64,000 bases of DNA, taken from the NCBI GenBank assembly GCA_965219345.1, contig OZ244732.1:1568001-1632000 (forward strand), written 5' to 3'. The notes beneath the pieces are model-generated. The model was not told the DNA's origin, did not search any database, and saw only the letters and a program-made list of their open reading frames with translations. Of the stretch, positions 30,928 through 40,841 are shown piece by piece; positions within the stretch are counted from its first letter, which is position 1, and each line of letters starts with the position of its first letter. The DNA comes from Nitrosopumilus sp. (GTDB lineage: Archaea > Thermoproteota > Nitrososphaeria > Nitrososphaerales > Nitrosopumilaceae). Position numbers and translations under genes: made by a program.

Positions 30928-31377
30928 TTGTCTGATGATAGCACAGATATGGAATCAGCCGAAAAAAACCCTGAATCCTTATTAAAAACAATTTCTGACG
31001 CGGAAGTCAGCTCAGGAATTAGTTTTGAAGAATTTACTGATGAGAGAACCTTGATCAGTCATGATGCTTTTGGAAAAAAACAGATGAAGATCAAAGTATT
31101 GGAAGTATCTGATGAGCAACCTCCATCAAAATGGAAGCTTGGAGATCGTGTTAAAGTAATTAAAATTCTTGTTACAATTAGGCATCTTACAACACAACAA
31201 GTGGAAGAAGCTGAGTTTGATATTGAAGCTATTGAAAGAGAATTAGCTGAAAAGAGACATTATACTTCAACAAACAGATGGATTCCAGTAGACTATATTA
31301 AAAATGGATATGTGGTACGTTCACACCACACCCGATTAATCAGTGATGCATCTGCACTAGACTACATTGTATTTTAA
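30928..31377 (+). CDS. Hypothetical protein
   Basis: 149 aa ORF. Confidence 0.7.
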   Translation: MSDDSTDMESAEKNPESLLKTISDAEVSSGISFEEFTDERTLISHDAFGKKQMKIKVLEVSDEQPPSKWKLGDRVKVIKILVTIRHLTTQQVEEAEFDIEAIERELAEKRHYTSTNRWIPVDYIKNGYVVRSHHTRLISDASALDYIVF

Positions 31378-31449
31378 TTAGAGTTCACATTTAACATTCA
31401 TAATTTATCTCTAAAAAACATTATAAGCAAAAGAATTTGAAAATGATAT

Positions 31450-31767
31450 ATGAGTTCAAAAGAATTTGAAGTAAATGGAACTGATTACAAAGTTGTACTA
31501 ACAGACCAAGTAATAGGACATGTAAACAATCTCAAAGAACTCTATAATGCCGCATATGAAGATCCTGAAAGCTTTGAGGATGTTAGTTCAGAAATTTCAA
31601 ATACAATTAATGAAATTGCTGGTAATGTAGAACCTCCAGCAGATGATAGTGATCTTGACGGACTTATTCAAGAGATTATCGAAGCAGTTGATACCAAGGC
31701 AGCACAAATTGAAAAAGAACTAGAACAAAAAGAACCACCTAAAAGAAAATCAAAATCTAAAAAATAA
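31450..31767 (+). CDS. Acidic hypothetical protein
   Basis: 105 aa ORF. Confidence 0.7.
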   Translation: MSSKEFEVNGTDYKVVLTDQVIGHVNNLKELYNAAYEDPESFEDVSSEISNTINEIAGNVEPPADDSDLDGLIQEIIEAVDTKAAQIEKELEQKEPPKRKSKSKK

Positions 31768-31835
31768 TCCCATTTGACCTTAAACTCATAAAAAATCGAG
31801 ACATACATTATATTATTAATAACATAACCAATTTT

Positions 31836-31952
31836 ATGTCTAGAAGCTGTGAATGTGGAATTTGTGGTCATCATAGTGAATCTGAATGTCTGGAAAAAGA
31901 ATGTAAATGCTGTTTGAATTTCCATGAAAGATCAGGACCTAGAAGAAAATAA
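31836..31952 (+). CDS. Cys/His-rich mini-protein (38 aa), metallothionein-like
   Basis: MSRSCECGICGHHSESECLEKECKCCLNFHERSGPRRK. Confidence 0.6.
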   Translation: MSRSCECGICGHHSESECLEKECKCCLNFHERSGPRRK

Positions 31953-31965
31953 TTATTTCTTTAAA

Positions 31966-32073
31966 TCAATTATATTCATTATAACAACTACATTTTTTTG
32001 AAATATGTTTTGTACATCCAAATAATTTATGATCTTTGCATCCACATAATACACATTTTTTCTCATTTGTCAT
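31966..32073 (-). CDS. Cys-rich mini-protein (35 aa)
   Basis: MTNEKKCVLCGCKDHKLFGCTKHISKKCSCYNEYN; ATGA overlap with the upstream stop. Confidence 0.5.
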   Translation of the reverse strand: MTNEKKCVLCGCKDHKLFGCTKHISKKCSCYNEYN

Positions 32074-32444
32074 ATTTTTTCGATTAATTCTTCAACTTCT
32101 TCCATCATTTTTCTGTTTTCTAACGCCTCTAAAATTTTTAATCTCATATTTTTTACTCTACTAAGATCATTTGAATATAAGGATGCCATCGTTTCAATTT
32201 CTTTTTCAAAGTAATAGTTATCCAGATAATGTTGAAATTTAGATTTTAGTATACTAAAATCAGATGAAGCAATTTTATCAGTTTCAATTTTTTTTGATAC
32301 AACTTTTAAGAACCCATTAATTTTCAACATCTCTTTTTTAATATTATTAAGATCCTCTTCTTTTTCTTCAATTTCTCTGAGTATGTTGTAAGAATCTAAT
32401 ATCTGCTTTAGTATATTTTTTAGATATTCGTTATAAGTAACCAT
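32070..32444 (-). CDS. Hypothetical helical protein
   Basis: 124 aa ORF. Confidence 0.7.
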   Translation of the reverse strand: MVTYNEYLKNILKQILDSYNILREIEEKEEDLNNIKKEMLKINGFLKVVSKKIETDKIASSDFSILKSKFQHYLDNYYFEKEIETMASLYSNDLSRVKNMRLKILEALENRKMMEEVEELIEKI

Positions 32445-32533
32445 AATTATTTTCCAGATTAATCTAATCTAAAGTTTAGGAAAAATAGCTTGACTTGCAT
32501 AAAATTTACACATTTGCTTTAAATTATCATTAA

Positions 32534-33886
32534 TTGTTTGAAATGACGATGCAAGGTGACGTTCATCTCAAATGTATTGATCCACATTGTGGTTTGGAAT
32601 ACTCAACAGAAAGTACAAATGTACAATGTGAAAAAGGCCACTTGTTAGATGTCAAATATAAAAATAATCCCTCGGATAACTTAAAGGAAGTATTTTACAA
32701 AAGGCGAAATTCGCAAGGAAATATTTTCGATGAGAGTGGAGTTTGGAGATTTAGAGAATTACTAAATTTTTGTCAGATAGATACTGAAAATATCGAAGAG
32801 TGTTCAAAATATTTGGTATCACTTGATGGAGCAGAAGGAAGACAGTCAAAACCATATCAGATGTCAAAAGCTGCAAAATTCATAGAAATCTCAAATGAAA
32901 ATTTGTGGTTACAACCTGAAGGATACAATCCAAGTGGCTCTTTCAAAGATAATGGGATGGCTACAGCTGTAACACACGCAAAAATGATTGGTGCAAAAAA
33001 AATTGTTTGTGCATCTACTGGTAATACATCAGCTTCTGCCGGAATGTTTGCTGCTAATGAAGGAATAGACTGTGATGTCTATATTCCAGCAGGGCAAATT
33101 GCACCGGGAAAACTTAGTCAAGCGTATCAATTTGGAGCTCAAATTGTGCAAGTTGATGGGAATTTTGATGATGCATTAAAACAATCATTAGAAGATGTAC
33201 AAAACCATGATGGATATACAGTAAACTCAATTAATCCGTTTAGAATAGAAGGACAAAAAACAATTCCATTTAGAGCATTAGAATATCTTAATTGGGACGC
33301 CCCCGATTGGATTGTTTATCCAGGTGGAGCTTTAGGAAACACCTCAAGTTGTGGTAAAGCATTAATGGAATTGCATGAATGTGGATGGATTAAAAAAATT
33401 CCAAGAATTGCTGTCATAAATTCTGAAGGTGCAAGTACATTATCTGATTTGTATAATGGAAAATTTGAAGGAGAAGAATTAAGATGGAATAAAGGCAATC
33501 CTAACACTGAATTAATATCAAGATATTATGATCATCTAGATAAAGAAGGAATACGCCCTAAAACCAAAGCTACTGCAATCCAAATTGGCAGACCTACAAA
33601 TATTTTGAAAGGTTTGCGTGCACTGGAATTTACAAATGGTGTGGCAACAACAGTGTCAGACTCTGAAATGCTTGATGGGATGTCAGTTGTAGGTCTTAAT
33701 GGTTTTGACTGTGAGATGGCATCAGGGGCAACAGTTGTAGGAATTAAGAAATTAATCAGCGAAGGCATAATCAAAAAAGATGATGTAGTAGTTGGAATTC
33801 TTACAGGACGACAAAAAGATGCAATGCTACCGGTGGATTATCATAACAATTCTGAAAATAAATTTGCAAAACCACCAAAAAATTAG
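32534..33886 (+). CDS. thrC: Threonine synthase
   Basis: NPSGSFKD, CASTGNTSAS, NSINPFRIEGQKT. Confidence 0.92.
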   Translation: MFEMTMQGDVHLKCIDPHCGLEYSTESTNVQCEKGHLLDVKYKNNPSDNLKEVFYKRRNSQGNIFDESGVWRFRELLNFCQIDTENIEECSKYLVSLDGAEGRQSKPYQMSKAAKFIEISNENLWLQPEGYNPSGSFKDNGMATAVTHAKMIGAKKIVCASTGNTSASAGMFAANEGIDCDVYIPAGQIAPGKLSQAYQFGAQIVQVDGNFDDALKQSLEDVQNHDGYTVNSINPFRIEGQKTIPFRALEYLNWDAPDWIVYPGGALGNTSSCGKALMELHECGWIKKIPRIAVINSEGASTLSDLYNGKFEGEELRWNKGNPNTELISRYYDHLDKEGIRPKTKATAIQIGRPTNILKGLRALEFTNGVATTVSDSEMLDGMSVVGLNGFDCEMASGATVVGIKKLISEGIIKKDDVVVGILTGRQKDAMLPVDYHNNSENKFAKPPKN

Positions 33887-34038
33887 GCTCATCTTTTAGG
33901 CTCAATTAATTTAGAATTGTTTTGATATCTCAAGAGTTAAATCTCAGTTTTGTAAAACCATTGTAACCAAAAGATGGTGCTAAAAAACTAAATGAGAAAT
34001 TTGTGTGTTTGTTCTAAGAAATTTTTTCGGGGAATATT

Positions 34039-35313
34039 ATGGTAGATTTATGGGTTGAAATTGCAGCCTTATGGGTTGAAATTGTAGCCTTAGCTGTACT
34101 CATTGGACTAGCTGGATTTTTTAGCGGTTTAGAAGTTGCATTGATAGGCATTAGAAAATCAAAAGTTATTCAACTTTTTCAGGAAGGAAAGAAAGGCTCA
34201 AAAGCATTACACAAATTAAAAACAAATCCAAGTTGGATGATGTCAAGTGTAAATCTTGGCAATAACCTTGTAAATGTAGGAGCTTCTGCCCTTGCAACAA
34301 GCTTAGCAATAAGACTATTTGGAAATGATGGATTAGGAATTGCAGTCGGCGTAATGACATTTTTGATTCTTGTATTTGGTGAAATTACTCCAAAGACATA
34401 CTGTAATGCAAATTCTACTAAAATTGCACTAAGATTTGCTCCTGTATTACTAGCATTTAGTTATGTGTTCTATCCAGTTGTGAAATTTTTTGAGATCATT
34501 ACAAGAGGAGTGGTAAAGTTAACCGGAAGCAGTTATGCACCTCCGCCAATTACTGAAGAAGACATCAAAGGAGTTATTGAACAAGGATTAGAAGAAAAAG
34601 CAATCGAGAAAGAAGAATTGGAGTTAGTTCATGGTGCTTTAGAATTTGATGATACAGTAATTCGTTCTGTAATGACTCCTAGGACAAAGATGTTTACACT
34701 TAATTCAAAAATGTTGCTTTTTGAGGCATTACCGGAAATTAATAAAAGCGGACATTCAAGAATTCCAATTTATGGTGACACAAAAGACGATATTGTTGGA
34801 TTTATTCATGCTAGAGATATTCTTAAAGAATTAGAGAAGGATAACAAGATGACAAGCCTAGAACAGATTGCAAGAAAACCTGTTTTTGCATCTCAAGAAA
34901 AGATGGTTAGTTCTCTGTTAAAAGAAATGCAGGGAAGAAGAACTCACATAGCAATTGTTGTTGATGAACATGGTGGTGTTGAAGGACTTGTCACTCTAGA
35001 AGACTTGGTAGAAGAGATTGTAGGTGAAATTGAAGATGAGACAGACCTACCTAAACCAATAGGATATGAAAGAATTGATCAAGATACAATAGTTACCAAT
35101 GAGGATATTGAGATTGATACTATTAACAAAATTTTCAAGACAAATATTCCAGATGGAAACGATTATGCATCACTTAATGGGTTACTTCATGAAAGACTCA
35201 AAGATATTCCACAAGAAGGAGACAAGATAGAACTAGAAGAACTTAGAATTATTGTTGAAAAAGTTTCAAAAAATATTCCTCAAAAAATTCGAATCGAAAG
35301 AATCAGAAACTAG
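34039..35313 (+). CDS. Hemolysin/CorC (CNNM-CBS) family transporter
   Basis: FFSGLE, FGEITPK, VMTPR, VDEHG, TLEDLVEEIVGEI. Confidence 0.92.
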   Translation: MVDLWVEIAALWVEIVALAVLIGLAGFFSGLEVALIGIRKSKVIQLFQEGKKGSKALHKLKTNPSWMMSSVNLGNNLVNVGASALATSLAIRLFGNDGLGIAVGVMTFLILVFGEITPKTYCNANSTKIALRFAPVLLAFSYVFYPVVKFFEIITRGVVKLTGSSYAPPPITEEDIKGVIEQGLEEKAIEKEELELVHGALEFDDTVIRSVMTPRTKMFTLNSKMLLFEALPEINKSGHSRIPIYGDTKDDIVGFIHARDILKELEKDNKMTSLEQIARKPVFASQEKMVSSLLKEMQGRRTHIAIVVDEHGGVEGLVTLEDLVEEIVGEIEDETDLPKPIGYERIDQDTIVTNEDIEIDTINKIFKTNIPDGNDYASLNGLLHERLKDIPQEGDKIELEELRIIVEKVSKNIPQKIRIERIRN

Positions 35314-36361
35314 TTTTTTTAGCAAAATGTTCTTGTAATTTTTGCTTTTTCTCTGTCATATGAAAAATTGATTCTGTATGTTTTAATGCTTCTTCATATG
35401 ATTTTTTAAATAGCATTGCTTGCATCAACATATGGTTTTCAGGAATTACAATTCCTGTTTGATCATCAGAATACATCATTTGAACTGTATCGCCTATCGA
35501 AGTTGTCATATTAGCATGAATGTGAACCATATTTGTGTCTGTAAAATTAAAGCCCATGTTTTGAGCATAATCTCTAACATCTTTGGTTCCATTTGCAGTC
35601 CATAAAGTAGCAACACCGGGTTCATTTGTAAAAATTTCATGAATTTCAGAAGACTTTGGTGCCAAATCTTTGAACCTAATATCCATTATATGTAAATGCA
35701 TTTGTCTTGTTGGAACTTTGATTGCTCTAACAAAAAGAGGGGCATCCTTTCCAAAATACATCTTAACATCATCACCATGATGGGGTTTTTCTGTCATCTC
35801 TATAGTGTCTGAAAGTTCCTTGTCAGTTTGTTCAATATCTGCCCATCTTCTAACAAGAGTCACATCAAAGCGAACTAATCTGTCGCCAAACTTATTACGT
35901 AACGGCTCTAGAATTCGTCCCATTCCAGTTACATTACAACTACCTTGCATTACATGACTTTTTCCTAATGCTTTGTCATAGTTTGCTCTAGAGTTAAACA
36001 GTAAATTAGAAACGGCTTCAGATCCCATAGCTGATTCTCCTCCTTGATAAATGGCTGGAATGTTTTTTGGTTCATATAGATTCTTTTTATTTTTGTATCC
36101 ATATCCTTCTGGAGCAGCATCAATTACCAAATCACAATCATCAAGTGCAGATTCTACACTTCCTGCAATTTTATAATCTGAAAAATCACCCAGTTTTTTT
36201 TCTGGTACATAGACATTCAGGCCTTTAGAATTAGCAAGTTCTACTTTATCATCAGGGGAATATTTGCCAACTCCAATAATTGTTATTTCAGGATCATCTT
36301 TAAGAAAAGAGGTGATTCTACTTCCAATTGAACCATATCCATTAACAAAAATCTTCTTCAT
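35303..36361 (-). CDS. gap: Type II (archaeal) glyceraldehyde-3-phosphate dehydrogenase
   Basis: NGYGSIG, YQGGE, SCNVTG, IVIPEN. Confidence 0.9.
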   Translation of the reverse strand: MKKIFVNGYGSIGSRITSFLKDDPEITIIGVGKYSPDDKVELANSKGLNVYVPEKKLGDFSDYKIAGSVESALDDCDLVIDAAPEGYGYKNKKNLYEPKNIPAIYQGGESAMGSEAVSNLLFNSRANYDKALGKSHVMQGSCNVTGMGRILEPLRNKFGDRLVRFDVTLVRRWADIEQTDKELSDTIEMTEKPHHGDDVKMYFGKDAPLFVRAIKVPTRQMHLHIMDIRFKDLAPKSSEIHEIFTNEPGVATLWTANGTKDVRDYAQNMGFNFTDTNMVHIHANMTTSIGDTVQMMYSDDQTGIVIPENHMLMQAMLFKKSYEEALKHTESIFHMTEKKQKLQEHFAKKTSF

Positions 36362-36452
36362 GAATAATCTATGACTGGCCCATTTATTTAGATTGAGCTG
36401 AGCATACTGGTATTATCAAGATCTTTTTTAAAAAACGTCTCATAGTAATATT

Positions 36453-36752
36453 ATGAGGTTTTTATCCAATTTTAGAAAAGACTTGCAAACTGAAAAAAGA
36501 AAAAAAGCTGCTCAGATTAACGGCAAGAATCTCAAAGGATTATTAAAAAAATTCAAAGAAGAAAGAGACAGGATAGAAAAAGAGACTGGAAACAGGCCTG
36601 AAATCGATAATACTACACAGATGTTTATGCAAAAAATCCTAAACGTATGGATTTCCGAAGGAAAAGAAATTGATGAAGAGAAGTTCTGGGCAGAAGTTGA
36701 TTATAATAGGCAGTTTACCCATCCAGTTGAATTTTATGAGATAAAACGCTAG
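36453..36752 (+). CDS. Hypothetical protein
   Basis: 99 aa ORF. Confidence 0.65.
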   Translation: MRFLSNFRKDLQTEKRKKAAQINGKNLKGLLKKFKEERDRIEKETGNRPEIDNTTQMFMQKILNVWISEGKEIDEEKFWAEVDYNRQFTHPVEFYEIKR

Positions 36753-36767
36753 CTTAATCCTAATTTA

Positions 36768-36986
36768 TTATGACAAATTTGCAACAAATTGATAAATTAC
36801 TACAGTACCTATTATTATCCCAATCACACTTCCAATAATCACCACATATTTTTTGAGCGCTTCACTTTTTTCAAATTTAATATTGGCTATCCGTTTTGCC
36901 TCTGAGTGATGTCTTTCGCAACGAAGTTTACCTTCATATTCCCGAATTCCCTTTTCATCACATTCATCACATTTTCGATCATCCAT
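36768..36986 (-). CDS. Small Zn-finger-like membrane-anchored protein
   Basis: CDEC...CERH plus a C-terminal TM segment. Confidence 0.55.
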   Translation of the reverse strand: MDDRKCDECDEKGIREYEGKLRCERHHSEAKRIANIKFEKSEALKKYVVIIGSVIGIIIGTVVIYQFVANLS

Positions 36987-37214
36987 AATGATATTTTGAA
37001 TTTCACCAATGTTTAAAATTTCTGATTAACTTACGATCAACTCTAAATAATGTCCAAAAATAGACTAATTAGATTAGTTTGGAATAATTTTACTCAAAAA
37101 AATAGACTGGAAGGAAAGTTTTGATGACTGATTTACATATAATAACAAAATAGGCATTAATTATAACAAAAATTGGACGAAAATTTACTTAGTATCAAAT
37201 TAGAAGAAGTAATG

Positions 37215-37882
37215 AACAACTCATCTCAAAACCCTACAATACATCAAAAATGATGCAATGTTGACAAATGCCAGATAGTTTTCTGCGATTCTTTCATATC
37301 GAATTCTTGTTCTGTGAAAGCCATTCTTCAGCCAGTCAAAGAACCGCTCCACTACAAACCTGGTCTTGTTGTAATTGCCTTGCAGATTATTTTTCAGTGC
37401 CAGTTTAGAATTATTCCTGTAGGGGATACAGCAACCAATTCCATGACATCTGAGATAATTTCTAATGTATGCGGCATCGTAACCCTTGTCAGCATAGCAT
37501 GTTACAACTTGCTGAATCATGGAATCATCACCTGCAAAATCTGAGATTGATTCTATCACGTCAATGAATTTTGTGGAATCATGCTCGTTTGCGGAACTGA
37601 TTACAATGGATATCGGCAAGCCGTTTTGTTCTACCGCAACATGCAGTTTTGTGCCTAGAATCTTCTTAAATCCGTCATATCCTAGTTTGTTGCCACTTCT
37701 TCTTTACCGTGAATGGATGAAGAGTCAACTGATATCTTTTGCAGATTGATCTTATCTTGCCTGTGTGCTGATTGAATCGCACATCTGAAAACCTTCTTCC
37801 AAATCCCTTTTTGTTGCCAGGAGTTTAATCTTCTGCTTGCGGTAGAATCATCGCCGTATTGTCTTGGCATCTCACCCCATCA
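37215..37882 (-). mobile_element. IS5 family remnant, 5'-truncated, split over two frames
   Basis: WGEMPRQYG, SVDSSSI, GYDGFKKILGTKLHVAV, ADKGYD, RFVVERFF, RYER. Confidence 0.85.
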
Positions 37883-38015
37883 GCATCCTTTCTGCAAACT
37901 CACGGGCGCCGTCTTCGGTGTTGGGGTACTGCCCCCTCTCGAGAACTCTTCCCCTGCCGTCCACTATGCAGTAGTCGCACTTTCTCTTTGCAATGTCTAT
38001 TCCTATGCTGTTCAT
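37872..38015 (-). pseudogene. IS110 family recombinase N-terminal fragment (47 aa)
   Basis: MNSIGIDIAKRKCDYCIVDGRGRVLERGQYPNT carries the first DEDD motif (GID.AK); RBS AGGAGGTGA upstream. Confidence 0.8.
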
Positions 38016-38192
38016 CCTATCCTATCACCTCCTTTCGGATGTGTTGACGGATCGGAAGCTGCAAGCACCCATCATGGCGCGAAGCCCAATTACACAGCAG
38101 CTCGGATTGCCCCATTCATAACTGAGGGCGCGAAGCCCAAACGAAATAAGGGGTCGATCCATCACAGCTACTGCGCAGGGGTGGTTATCATG

Positions 38193-38284
38193 GTATGAGG
38201 TCACGTCCCCCTTGCAGATAGGCACGGAAACGCTTTGAACCGTTCGAATTTACGCCTATCATGAAGGTACAGGTGACCTCATAC
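38193..38284. mobile_element. 92 bp MITE
   Basis: 12 bp TIR GTATGAGGTCAC/GTGACCTCATAC; 8 bp TSD TTATCATG at 38185-38192 and 38285-38292; empty site present in copy B. Confidence 0.92.
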
Positions 38285-38442
38285 TTATCATGTGTTCATA
38301 ACTGAATAAAGAGATAATCCAATATACTTGCAGGCGTCGCGCATTACAATGCATTCTGGCATGTCAGATTCAGGCGTTAGAAGATCCTCATCTACCTAGC
38401 TTACCAAAGTTTATACCGTCATTGATGCCAAGTTAGCTACTC

Positions 38443-39357
38443 TTGGGTTATGATGATCTTTATCCACTTGATTTATCAAAATGCTTCAAGGACTGGCTTT
38501 ATCGGCATTCCCGCCTACGCGCGTTTTACGTGGATATAGTGTACAGGCAGACCGCGTTTCGGAGGATCACCGCGCCACTGAGGGCGATGCCGGATTTTGT
38601 CATCATAGGCGCGCAAAAGTCTGGGACGACTTCGCTGTATGATTATATCACAAGTCACCCCTCAGTGGCGCGCGCGCGCTATAAGGAGGTGCATTATTTT
38701 TCCCTGCGGCACAAGTATGGCAAGCTGTGGTACCGTTCCAACTTCCAGACCAACTTCTCGCGGCGCCGCTTTTACGAGAAGACAGGGCAAAAGCTCCTCA
38801 GCGGGGAGGCCAGCCCGTACTATCTCTTCCACCCTGCAGTCCCGGACAGGATGAAGGCTGTCCTGCCAGATGTGAAGCTCATCGTGATCTTGCGCAACCC
38901 CGTTGACCGCGCATACTCCCACTACCACCACACATCAAGGAAGAACCAAGAACCGTTGTCGTTTGAGGAGGCCATCAGGGCAGAGGAGGCGCGGTGCACG
39001 GGGGAGAGGGAGCGACTGCTCAGGGATCCGGACTTTGTCCCCCTACACTACCGCAACCACTCGTACCTTTCCAGAGGCGTCTACGCCGACCAGCTGGAAA
39101 ACTGGTTCAAGTACTATGGCAGGGAACAGTTCTTGATCCTGGCCACTGAAGACCTCCGCAAGGATCCGCAGCGTACACTGGACCGCGTCTTTGACTTTCT
39201 GGGGGCAACTCCATTACGTGTCGGCGGCTTGAGGGATCGCAATGTTGGAGACTATAAGGAGATGGGCAAGGAGACGCGCAAATTCCTGATCGAGTACTTT
39301 AGGCCATACAACCAGAGGCTGTACAAGATGCTGCATCGCAGCTTTGATTGGAACTAG
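38443..39357 (+). CDS. PAPS-dependent sulfotransferase (heparan sulfate 3-O-ST-like)
   Basis: PDFVIIGAQKSGTTSL (5'-PSB), EASPYY, LRNPVDRAYS (3'-PB). Confidence 0.92.
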   Translation: MGYDDLYPLDLSKCFKDWLYRHSRLRAFYVDIVYRQTAFRRITAPLRAMPDFVIIGAQKSGTTSLYDYITSHPSVARARYKEVHYFSLRHKYGKLWYRSNFQTNFSRRRFYEKTGQKLLSGEASPYYLFHPAVPDRMKAVLPDVKLIVILRNPVDRAYSHYHHTSRKNQEPLSFEEAIRAEEARCTGERERLLRDPDFVPLHYRNHSYLSRGVYADQLENWFKYYGREQFLILATEDLRKDPQRTLDRVFDFLGATPLRVGGLRDRNVGDYKEMGKETRKFLIEYFRPYNQRLYKMLHRSFDWN

Positions 39358-39638
39358 CGTGGTGGCGTAGTTTCCGTGGCTCATAATTAATCACAAAAAC
39401 GCCAACAATTACCAACCAAACGATCTAGATCACAGCAGGACTCACATACACACACACACTGCATGAGAATCGAATATTCAGCGATACCGGCAGGGGACAA
39501 GTTCCTGCCGGGCACGAGCAGGGCGTACCTACGCAGGTCATCTTCCGTTCTGGCGGTGCCAGAACCGGCAGACTCATCCATCTCATCTTCTGGATTCTTG
39601 GATCCTTGCACATATGATTACTAATCTCTTATACACGC

Positions 39639-40502
39639 TCAAGATATTATCGCTGATTCCACATAGATGGCAGTGTCCGTGTTCCTTAGTAGCGAGCGTT
39701 TCATGCCTAGTCGGCCAAGAACTTTCTCTTTCTGATACCTTTTGTTCCACGAGGCCACTTGGTCGTCCTTGCATTCAACTCCGGAGGACAGATATCCTTT
39801 GATGTAGTGCAAATTCCATCTTCTGATTGTTACAAGTATTACGAACCATAGTGAGAACCCCCTTTGTTTGAACAATTTGCCACGCCGTTCTATCGTCTGC
39901 CTGTTGTAGTTGGTGCCAATATTTCGTTTGAACTGCATAGGTATGTCGGTGTATACTGCAGATCGAAACCCTGTGAGGGAGGCATGTGTGATAAGGGATG
40001 CGCCGTTCAGGTGGGAGGTTCTAGAGGGGTGTTGGAATTTTTTCAACCATTTGACGTCAACTATCGCGCCGGATTCGCCCACAAGTATGAGCTTGTCTTG
40101 TAGGTCTTGGCCGCACGCTATGACCACCCCGTCACGGCGCATCCTTTTTGTGATTTCGCCAATATACGAATTGGAAAGGACTGTGTCTCCATCTACGCAT
40201 ATTACGTAGTCAGTCCCCCCCCCCACGATTGCCTCGTTGAAGAGACTTTGCCGTAGTTCGAAAAAACGTCCAGACAGATAATCGTGTGGATAAGGGTCGT
40301 GGTGGGTGATTTCGATTCCACTTATAGAATCAAGTATTTCCTTTGTGCCGTCGGTGGATCCGTCATTGGCTACCAATATACGTGAGGCGGGAGGATCCTG
40401 CGCTTTTATGGCATCAATTACGCTCCGTATGTGGTTCTCTTCGTTTCGGATCACAAGAAATGCATTCCACGTGTAACTACCTGACTGCATTTTACTACAC
40501 AT
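39639..40502 (-). CDS. Glycosyltransferase family 2
   Basis: RNEE, NDGSTDGT, VDGD; G10 tract in the coding strand. Confidence 0.85.
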   Translation of the reverse strand: MCSKMQSGSYTWNAFLVIRNEENHIRSVIDAIKAQDPPASRILVANDGSTDGTKEILDSISGIEITHHDPYPHDYLSGRFFELRQSLFNEAIVGGGTDYVICVDGDTVLSNSYIGEITKRMRRDGVVIACGQDLQDKLILVGESGAIVDVKWLKKFQHPSRTSHLNGASLITHASLTGFRSAVYTDIPMQFKRNIGTNYNRQTIERRGKLFKQRGFSLWFVILVTIRRWNLHYIKGYLSSGVECKDDQVASWNKRYQKEKVLGRLGMKRSLLRNTDTAIYVESAIIS

Positions 40503-40841
40503 AAGATGCTGTCAACAGTTAAATATTTTATGCAAAGACTGAGGTTGGTGCGTAATTCTAGTCTATCCCGTTCACACACATCTCCCGCCATGTCTTCACC
40601 GACGGATTTTCCGGGTGTGTCAGGCCTTCAGCTGCCTTGTACACATCGTTTCCCAGTAGATGGACCCGTCTAGGCGCATGCCGCGCGTGCTAGGTCGCCA
40701 TAGGTCGGTATCGGTATCCGGAGCTCAATCCAGTCGAGATCCAGTGGCGCGGGGAGTTTACATCCTTTCACTGTATACCAACCGTTAACGCGCAAGAATC
40801 GATCATCATGATCAGTGATAAGCATAGGACTTATCGGATGT

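Larger units (their letters stand above)
37872..38305 (-). mobile_element. IS110 left end, copy A, interrupted by a MITE
   Basis: Inverted near-identity to 41801-42010 once the MITE is removed. Confidence 0.85.

Noticed and set aside
38025-38225. Paired ORFs 38025-38225 and 41776-41982 as proteins
   Set aside because: They are translations of the IS110 non-coding end; one start comes from the MITE.
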